DNA from: an uncultured Gemmatimonadales bacterium | Lineage (GTDB): Bacteria > Gemmatimonadota > Gemmatimonadetes > Gemmatimonadales > GWC2-71-9 | Assembly: GCA_963779755.1 (NCBI GenBank) | Contig: CAVZZO010000001.1 | Location: 636,044-700,043 of the forward strand | Direction: 5' to 3' | Length of the DNA: 64,000 bases | Part shown: one piece after another, positions 56,850 to 64,000 of the stretch | Layout: every line of letters begins with the position of its first letter | Position numbering within the stretch: position 1 is the first letter of the stretch | Program-made: the position numbers and the translations under genes | Notes under the pieces: model-generated | Seen by the model: only the letters and a program-made list of their open reading frames with translations | Databases searched by the model: none | Told to the model about the DNA's origin: nothing

Positions 56850-57839
56850 CGCCATAGACGTCCAGAGCATCACCCGGAAGTTCGGCGACTTCACCGCGGT
56901 GGACGCGCATCTCCTTCGAGGTGGAGGAGGGCGAGATCTTCGGCCTCCTGGGCCCCAACGGGGCGGGGAAGAGCACGCTGATCCGCATGCTCACCACCCT
57001 GCTCAAGCCCACCGCCGGCACCGCGGTGGTGGGCGGGTACGACGTGGTGCGCGAGGCCGACAAGGTGCGGCGGGTGATCGGGGTGATCCCCCAGGCGCTC
57101 ACCAGCGATCTCGACCTGTCGGTGGAAGAGAACCTGCTCATCTTCGCCAAGCTCTACGGCGTGCCGCGCTCGACGCGGAAGGACCTGATCGCCCGGCTGC
57201 TGGAGGCGGTGGAGCTGTCGAAATGGGCCGACAAGCCGGTGAAGAACCTCTCCGGCGGCATGCGGCGCCGGGTGGAGATCGCCCGCGGGCTGGTGCACCA
57301 GCCGCGCATCCTCTTCCTGGACGAGCCCACCACCGGGCTGGACCCGGTCTCCCGCACCGCCGTCTGGGAGATGCTGCGCGAAGATCAAGGCGGAGCACGA
57401 CCTCACGGTGCTGCTCACCACCCACTACATGGACGAGGCCGACCGGCTGTGCGACCGGGTGGCCATCGTGGACCACGGGCAGCTGCTGGCGCTGGACTCG
57501 CCCATCCACCTGAAGGCGGCGATCCCGGGCGAGAACACGCTGGACGTGAGCTTCGAGCAGCCGCCCGCCGGCTGGGCCGAGCGACTGCGGAGCCTGCCCG
57601 GGGTGGAGAGCGTGGACGGGGAGGGAGCGGTCTACCGCATCCTTTCCGGCAACGGCCCCGCCACCACCACGGCTCTCCTGGGCCTGGCCGCCGGGCAGGG
57701 CGTCGCCATCCGGTCGCTGGGCGTGCAGAGCACCACGCTGGACGATGTGTTCGTGCACTACACCGGTCACGAGCTGCGGGACGAGCTGGTGGAGGCCTCG
57801 GCGCTGGACCGGAGCGTCATCGCCTCGCGGAGGCGCTGA
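56846..57839 (+). pseudogene. ABC transporter ATP-binding protein, at least 2 frameshifts
   Basis: MSAIDVQSITRKFGDFTAVD | ISFEVEEGEIFGLLGPNGAGKSTL..LSGGMRRRVEIARGL..ILFLDEPTTGLD | DLTVLLTTHYMDEADRLCDRVAIVDHG. These segments lie in three different frames, with shifts near 56905 and 57385. Confidence 0.75.
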
Positions 57840-57842
57840 GCC

Positions 57843-58973
57843 ATGGAGCGGATGTGGGCCATCGTGGAGCGGGACATGCGGCGCTTCCGCCGCAGCCCGA
57901 TGCTGATCTTCGTCTCGCTCATCTTCCCCATCGTGCAGCTGGTGGTGCTGGGCTACGCCTTCGGCGGACAGGTGAAGCACCTGAAGCTGGGCGCTGGTGG
58001 ACCAGGACGGCCACGTCCCCGCCGTCCAGCTCCAGGCCCTGGGGAACGCCATCACCGCCAACGCCAGGACCTTCTCTTTCATTAGATACGACGACCAGGG
58101 CCGGGCCCTCACCGCCCTGCGCAACGGCCAGCTCAACGGCGTCCTGACCATCCCGCCCGGCTTCTCGCGCCGAGTGCTGGCGGGCGAGTCGCCCAGAGTG
58201 GCGCTGATCGAAGACAACACCGACAACTTCGTCGCCTCCGCCCTGGCCAACAGCGTGAACGGCATGGTCCGCGCCTACGGAGACCCGCTCCCGTCTTCCT
58301 CCCGTCCAGTCTCCCGTCTTTCTTCCCGTCCTTCTCTCGACATCGTCGAGCTCTACCCCTACGTCCCCTACATCCAGTACCTGCTGCCGGGCAGTATCGT
58401 CATGTCCATCTTCATGATGGTGATGATCGGCGGCGGGATCATCTTCATCGACGACAAGGCGCGGGGGCTGCACGAGGGCTACCTGGTCACCCCCATCACC
58501 CGGTTCGAGCTGATCCTGGGGTTCAACGTGGCCGGTGCCGCCAAGGCGATCATGGCCGGCACGGTGCTGATGCTGGTGGGCTCGGTGATCGCCGGGATCC
58601 CCAACCCCTGGGATCCGCTCCGGCTGCTGCGGCTCCTGGTGGTGGTGGCGGCGGCGTCGGTGGCGCTGGTGAGCATGATGTTCCTCTTCATGGTGCGGAT
58701 GAGCGATCCGCTGCTGCCCCGGGCGCTCTTCGGCGTGCTCAACACGCTGCTCTTCTTCCCCAGCGGCGCGGTCTATCCCCAGCAGGCCTTCCCCGGCTGG
58801 ATGCGGGTGATCGCCAAGGTGGATCCCGTTCACCTACGCGGTGCACGCGCTGAAGAGCCTGCTGCTCAAGAACACCGGCTTCAGCGCCATCTGGCTCGAC
58901 CTGGCCTATCTGGCGCGCCTTCGCCGCGGTGACCATGACGGCGGCGACGCTCCTGTTCCGGAGAGAGCTGTGA
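57843..58973 (+). pseudogene. ABC-2 type transporter permease, at least 3 frameshifts
   Basis: MERMWAIVERDMRRFRRSPMLIF.. | LVDQDGHVPAV...YLLPGSIVMSIFMM... | FTYAVHALKSLLLKNTGF..LDLAYLA | AFAAVTMTAATLLFRREL*. The shifts are near 57995, 58830 and 58915. Confidence 0.7.
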
Positions 58974-59650
58974 TGGACGGCGGTAAGGGCGGTAAGGGCG
59001 GTAGCGGCGGTAAAGGGAGCCGGCCCAGGCATGACGAGGCCACGCGCGATCGGCCTGATGGCCGCGGCGCCGGCGGCTCTTCGCGCGAGCGGGGCTACCA
59101 CGGTGTCGTGGTGCGCGACCTCTGCGACGCGGCCGGCGCCAACCTGGCGGCGGTGAACTACTACTTCGGCGGGAAGCTGGGGCTCTACCGGGCGGTGCTG
59201 GAGGAGGTGCTGGGGAAGATCCGGGATTTCCCCATCCTCAGGGCGCCGCCGGGGAGCAGCGCGGAGGAGCGGATCCGGCACTACGTGCTGAACTACGTGC
59301 CCAGGCTGGCCAATCCCGAGGGCCCCGGCGTCATGATTCAGCGGATCATGAGCCACGAGATGCAGGAGCCGACCGAGCTGGCGCCGTGGATCGCGCAGGA
59401 GGTGATCCTGCCGCGGGCGCGGTACCTGGCCGAGGCGGTATCAGAGCTCATGGGTTGCGCGCTCGATGATCCCCGGGTGGGGCGGTGCGTGATCAGTCTC
59501 CAGGCGCAGTGTCATTTCTATCTGCCCAGCCGGTTCCGGGCGCGGGCGATGCCGGAGGCAGACCGGTACCTCAAGGAGTCGCTGCCCGAGGCGGCGGAGC
59601 ATATCGTGGAGTTCACGCTGGCGGGCATCCGGCGGATCGCCGGATTGTAG
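58973..59650 (+). CDS. TetR-family regulator (CerR/DUF1956-type C-terminal domain); N-terminal helix region may carry indels
   Basis: ERGYHGVVVRDLCDAAGANLAAVNYYFGGKLGLYRAVL is the HTH. The segment just before it (RDRPDGRGAGGSS) reads more TetR-like in the other two frames. The N-terminus is Gly/Lys-rich. Confidence 0.65.
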   Translation: MDGGKGGKGGSGGKGSRPRHDEATRDRPDGRGAGGSSRERGYHGVVVRDLCDAAGANLAAVNYYFGGKLGLYRAVLEEVLGKIRDFPILRAPPGSSAEERIRHYVLNYVPRLANPEGPGVMIQRIMSHEMQEPTELAPWIAQEVILPRARYLAEAVSELMGCALDDPRVGRCVISLQAQCHFYLPSRFRARAMPEADRYLKESLPEAAEHIVEFTLAGIRRIAGL

Positions 59651-59716
59651 CGTTACCTCTCCCCCGCGCTGTCATTGCGAGCCGCAGAGCGGCGAAGCAA
59701 TCTCCGGAACAGCTAT

Positions 59717-60230
59717 CCGCAGATTACGCAGATTACGCAGATTTGTCTCCCTGCCAGGAGCAGCTCCGCGGAGCGTTGCCGTCTATCCCCCAACAAAAGA
59801 AGACTGAATTCTTTTTGGGTGCATGGGCGGGCCTCAGCGGAACGCGGCAGGTCCCCAGGAAATCATCTGCGTAATCTGCGTAATCTGCGGTTCCACTACT
59901 GGGAAGCGTCCGGGGGCACGGACGCCCGGCGTAGCCCCAGCGGGTTGTTTCGCCCGCTAGGAACTGCTCACCGCGAAGGGCGCGATGGGGGGAGCATGGG
60001 CGGGCCTCAGCGGAACGCGGCAGGTCCCCAGGAAATCATCTGCGTAATCTGCGTAATCTGCGGTTCCACTACTGGGAAGCGTCCGGGGGCACGGACTCCT
60101 GGCATAGCCCCGGGGGATTGCTTCGGCGGCTGCGGCGCCTCGCAATGACGGCGGGAGTGAGGCTGGGCGACCCTCAGAGGCGAGCGGCAGGTCACCGCAT
60201 GATCATCTGCGTAATCCGTGGAGCCTGCGG
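59717..60230. repeat. Cluster of MITE-like elements with (CAGATTACG)n / (CGTAATCTG)n ends; internal direct repeat of about 173 bp
   Basis: A complete element lies at 59717..59892. The segment 59821..59940 is repeated at 59994..60115. A third partial end is at about 60200..60225. GTCATTGCGAG / CTCGCAATGAC motifs occur at 59674 and 60139. Confidence 0.7.
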
Positions 60231-60295
60231 CTGCTCGGAGCGGGCGGACGCCGGCTGCGCGTCCGCCCCTGACCGCCTTCCCGCCGCTACCCCGC

Positions 60296-61114
60296 TCAGG
60301 GGGTAGCGTGCGGTTCCCCCGAGATGAAGTCGTCCATGGCCACCAGGTCGGCATCGCCGCCGGCGCTGATATCCGCGTTGCGGCCGGTGATGGCCGACCG
60401 GCCCGACTGGATCCGGACACTGGCCACGATCGGCGCATTGAAGCTGACGCCGACAAAGGAGAAGCCGGCCCGGTCGGAGCGCACCGGCGCACTGACCCGG
60501 GCGAGCAGCTCGCCCCTCGCGTTGAAGAACGCGAGACCGGCGCCGGCCTCCACGTCCACATCGGAGAAGACAACCCCGAAGCCGTTCACCCGGGCGGGCG
60601 TGCCTGCTCCGGCGACGACGAACCGTACCGTCATCGTCTGCCGGCCCACCGGAATGAAGATCTTGGGCGGGCTGAAGGCGGCGAATTCAGCGCCGTACGC
60701 GGGATTGAGGTCGCTGAGGGCGTTGTCGCTCACCCGGAAGCCGCTGCCTTCGGTGCTGAAGAGCTGGCCCCGCGGGACCACCCGGTTGAAGAAATCCCCC
60801 GGGAAGGTATCCACGTTGACCAGCGCCGCGGCGACGCCGTCCCAGTTGATCTCCCGCCGGCCGGAGGCCTGCTCGCCCGGCAGCAGATTGACGCCGCCGC
60901 CCAGCACGGCGCGGAACGCCGCCAGTGCCTCGGTCAGATCGCCGCTCGCGGCGAACACCTGGCGGCCCGACGCCGCCGACTGGGACACTCCTCCCGTGTC
61001 GTTCCCGTACCCCGGCCCCGTGGTATCGGTGGGGTGGTCGTAGCCGCACGCCCCGGCCGCGAGCAGGAGCAGAACCATCCTTGCGGCGCTGCCGCCGCGA
61101 AACATACCGGTCAT
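60296..61114 (-). CDS. Lipoprotein of unknown function
   Basis: Start trimmed to MTGMFRGGSAARMVLLLLAAGACG, with a lipobox and GGGAGG upstream. 272 aa, beta-rich. Confidence 0.65.
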   Translation of the reverse strand: MTGMFRGGSAARMVLLLLAAGACGYDHPTDTTGPGYGNDTGGVSQSAASGRQVFAASGDLTEALAAFRAVLGGGVNLLPGEQASGRREINWDGVAAALVNVDTFPGDFFNRVVPRGQLFSTEGSGFRVSDNALSDLNPAYGAEFAAFSPPKIFIPVGRQTMTVRFVVAGAGTPARVNGFGVVFSDVDVEAGAGLAFFNARGELLARVSAPVRSDRAGFSFVGVSFNAPIVASVRIQSGRSAITGRNADISAGGDADLVAMDDFISGEPHATP

Positions 61115-61419
61115 GACTTGCCTCCCTGATGAATCGGGCTTCCGTGAGCCCATTGGTGAAGCGCGGTCACGCCGGCTCCTGCCGTGGGTTCGAGGTGGCG
61201 GCGGTCGTTCTGGCGATCGTCGAATCACCCTCGTGGCGCGCGGCACTAGTCTCGCTACCAAGTGCGATGCGGCCAATGATCTGTCGTCCCCATTTCCTGC
61301 CCCGGCGTATCGATTCCGGTAACGCCGGATATTTTCCTCCGGTCCACATGACAAACGCCGGCGTTTCTTCCGCGGAAGAACCGGCTGCACACCCGAGACG
61401 CCGTCTGGTCCATGTTCTC

Positions 61420-62031
61420 TCAGGGATCATCGCGGCAAGTGTCCGCGGCTTCCGCCCCCGGCACGAAGATCACGTCAACATGCACCACGATGTGCTCGTT
61501 CATCTTGAACATGCCGAGCAGCTTCGACAGGCCGCGAACACCATGGTCCTTCACGTTGACCGGGAAATCGGTGCGGACCTCGATCGAGTCGCTCCGCCAG
61601 GCCAGCCGGGCGGGCAGGGTATCGAGCCGGGTGACGCCGTGCAGTGTCAGGTCTCCGATCAGATTCACCCGGGTCGAATCCGCCACGTCGTCCGCCGGGA
61701 CGACCTCCCGCAGGCGAAACCGCAGGGTGGGGAATCGTTCCGTCTCCATGGATTTGTTGAGATCCCGGTCGCGGTGCCCGTTGCCGGTGACCAGCGTGCC
61801 GGCCGGGGCCTGAACGCAGCCCCGCACCTCGCCCAGGGCCGAGCCGCCCGTCATGCCGCCTGCAACCGACGTGGTGGCGCCGGTGAAGTCTCCGGCCGTG
61901 GCGTGCGCGTCGAAGCTGAGCCTGCCCGTCGCGATGTGGGAGGGCGGGATGATGCCGGCCTGCGCGGCCAGGCTCGCGACCGGCAGGGCCGCGGCGAGAA
62001 GCAGGATCCGAAGAGTGCGGCGCATGATCAT
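61420..62031 (-). CDS. YceI-like periplasmic protein
   Basis: It has a signal peptide. SFDAHATAGDFTG....RDRDLNKSMETERFPTLRF...GDLTLHGVTR is typical of YceI. Confidence 0.8.
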   Translation of the reverse strand: MIMRRTLRILLLAAALPVASLAAQAGIIPPSHIATGRLSFDAHATAGDFTGATTSVAGGMTGGSALGEVRGCVQAPAGTLVTGNGHRDRDLNKSMETERFPTLRFRLREVVPADDVADSTRVNLIGDLTLHGVTRLDTLPARLAWRSDSIEVRTDFPVNVKDHGVRGLSKLLGMFKMNEHIVVHVDVIFVPGAEAADTCRDDP

Positions 62032-62880
62032 TGTCTCCAGGTGGTCCGGACGACCATGCGTCCGGTAACGGCATCGGCCGGTGCGGCGTGGGCCTCGGCG
62101 GTGAGGCCGATCGCGCTGCTCAGGCGCAGGGTGGCGCCCGCGGTGAGGGTGAGCCGGTCCAGATCCACCTCCACTCGGCGCCGGTCGGTTTCGTTGAAGC
62201 GGTTAGTGAAGTTGACCCGGAACCGGGGCGCCAGGTGGCTGTAGCCGGCGCCGCCGTAGAGCGTCAGCCCTCCGTTCCCGGTTTCCCGCGCCGCCAGCAC
62301 CTCGAGGGCGAAGATGTTGGGCCGGTAGCTGTCATCCGAGACCGTTCCGTTTAAGCATTCGCTGGCAGGGTCGCGCAGCGCGCCGGAGTCACAGGTGATG
62401 GGCGCGTGAATCACGCCCAGCGTTGCCTCCGCCCGGAAGGCCAGCCGGAAGGCCCCGGCAGGCACGATCCGGGCGAGCGCGAGACCGACGAGATTGGCGC
62501 TGGCGCCGCGCACCCGGATGGGCGGCACCCAGCCGAGCTCGACCAGGAAGCGCGCCGGGAGCCCGACACTGATCCTCGGCCGCAGGAAACCGGGCAGGAG
62601 ATTGACGTTCTCGGGTCCTTTACCCGGGCGGCAGACGGTGGGGGTGGCGGTGGCGCCATCCACCCGCGAGAGGTAGGTCGCTTCCAGTCCGGCGCGAATC
62701 GACCACCGGCGCGATTCCGCCGGGACCCCGGCGGCGGTGAAGGCGAGCGGCACTGAGAGGATGCCGAAGACCCGTCGCCTCGTTCGAGCTCGCGCCCGGG
62801 AAGCAGTCGCCCTGGGCCAGGAGCGGAGCCGCCAGGGCTCCGCTCAGGACCAGGCAGGCGTACCACGCATGCCGGATCAT
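62028..62880 (-). pseudogene. Outer-membrane beta-barrel-like protein, frameshift near 62775
   Basis: The signal peptide MIRHAWYACLVLSGALAAPLLAQG is in one frame (ATG overlapping the upstream stop, ATGA). The body (VFGILSVPLAFTAAG...alternating pattern...) is in another frame. Confidence 0.55.
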
Positions 62881-63872
62881 CACTGCACCACGATGGTGCC
62901 GCGCATGCCGGTGGTCTGCTGGCCTGCCAGGCCGCCGTGAATGGTGCAGATGTACTGGTAGGTACCCGGGGTGTTGAAGGTGACGGGCCCGTAGCTGAAC
63001 GGCGCGTTCCGCGTGGCGCTCGACGCGAAGGAGGGTGCCAGCACCGATGTCACGTTGTGGCTCTGGCCGTTCCAGTTCCAGGTGACCGTGCCCCCGGCCG
63101 CGATGGTGGCCACCTGGGGGGAGAAGGAGTTGTTGTTCACCTGGATGGTCACCGCCGTGGGCGGCGGCGGGGTAACGCTGCCCGTCGCCGCGAAGGTGAG
63201 CGGGGAGCCTGCCAGCCCGGCGGCCGAGGCCTGGAGGGTGTTCGGACCGGCCGTGCCGCCCAGCATCCAGGCGGTGGCCGCGAGTCCCTGCTGGTTACTG
63301 GCCGTCGTGGCGGGATTCACCGAGCCGCCGCCGCCGGTGACAGTCCACTGTACCGACGCGCCGCTCACCGGATTGCCGAACTGGTCCGTCACCCGCGCCA
63401 CGATGAGCTGCGGGAGGATCGAGCCGGTGCGGGCGGTCTGCGCATCGCCGGACGACTTGACGAGTGCGATGGGGGGCCCGGGTTGGGCGGTCGCCGTGAA
63501 GCCCGCCGGCGAGCCGCCGGCGCCCGGCACGATGGCCTGTGCCGTCTGCAGGCCAGCCGCCTGCCCCAGGGTCCACCGCGTGCTCGCGGTGCCGTCATCC
63601 GCCGTGGTCGAGCTGGCCGGGTTCAGGATTGCACCGACGCCCGTGGTTCTCCACTGCACCGTGATCCCCGCTTCGGGGGTGCCGTCCCGCGTCACCAGGA
63701 CCTGGAGCGCCTGGGCGAGCGGTTGCCCCGCCGTCCCGGTCTGGGCGTTACCGCTTTGGGCTGTCCTGGCCACCTGCTCACTCGGCCCGGGGCCGGAGGA
63801 GCCGTCGCCGCCACAGGCACTCGCCAGCAGGGCAAATCCCGCGGCGGCCGTCATCAATCTGCGCGATATCAT
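62880..63872 (-). CDS. Lipoprotein with two Big_1-like Ig domains and a C-terminal cupredoxin domain
   Basis: Lipobox LLASACG. Two repeats fit the pattern Q..V.V.D..GNPV.G..V.W. The C-terminal GTYQYICTIHG....MRGTIVV is a type-1 copper site pattern. Confidence 0.8.
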   Translation of the reverse strand: MISRRLMTAAAGFALLASACGGDGSSGPGPSEQVARTAQSGNAQTGTAGQPLAQALQVLVTRDGTPEAGITVQWRTTGVGAILNPASSTTADDGTASTRWTLGQAAGLQTAQAIVPGAGGSPAGFTATAQPGPPIALVKSSGDAQTARTGSILPQLIVARVTDQFGNPVSGASVQWTVTGGGGSVNPATTASNQQGLAATAWMLGGTAGPNTLQASAAGLAGSPLTFAATGSVTPPPPTAVTIQVNNNSFSPQVATIAAGGTVTWNWNGQSHNVTSVLAPSFASSATRNAPFSYGPVTFNTPGTYQYICTIHGGLAGQQTTGMRGTIVVQ

Positions 63873-64000
63873 GTCACACCTCTTCGCAGTTCGAATGTTC
63901 CTGTGTGGCCGGCCTTTGCCGGCGCGAAAACCGATTGTGCCGGGCCCCTCAGTACAGGGGCAGGCCCGGAGGTTTGGGCCAGAATGCCACGCTCCAGAGG

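Overview
High-G+C bacterial chromosomal DNA, possibly from a soil-type Gemmatimonadota- or Acidobacteriota-like organism (a guess only). The left third holds ordinary genes: a LAL/LuxR regulator, a Ser/Thr kinase, an ArsR-linked RND efflux operon, and membrane and secreted proteins. The main result is a chromosomal integron. An IntI-type tyrosine recombinase (54764..55741, minus strand) carries the integron-specific insertion motif. A putative attI lies directly downstream of its stop codon. An array of at least 8 cassettes runs leftward to about 44.7 kb, bounded by attC sites of the form RYYYAAC...GTTRRRY. The cassettes are co-oriented with intI, which is the rare inverted layout. They include two perfect copies plus one diverged copy of an ORF-less 455-bp cassette, BrnT/BrnA and ParE/RelE toxin-antitoxin pairs, a three-gene trypsin-like protease cassette, and orphan proteins. 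An IS30 element sits inside one cassette. An IS110/IS1111-like element is inserted exactly at an attC core, and a truncated second copy sits at the same position in another attC. Three degraded copies of the intI 3' end plus attI-like sequence (about 11.1, 27.1 and 40.9 kb) and isolated attC sites (37.6, 38.9 kb) suggest that 11-44 kb is a fossil cassette and platform region. That region is dense in small minus-strand enzyme genes, gene fragments and several repeat families, including two tandem arrays of 142-174-bp units. Many genes carry single-nucleotide frameshifts, most strikingly the HlyD/ABC/TetR operon beside intI. These are either real decay or local assembly error. All calls come from reading the sequence and the ORF translations; no database search was run.
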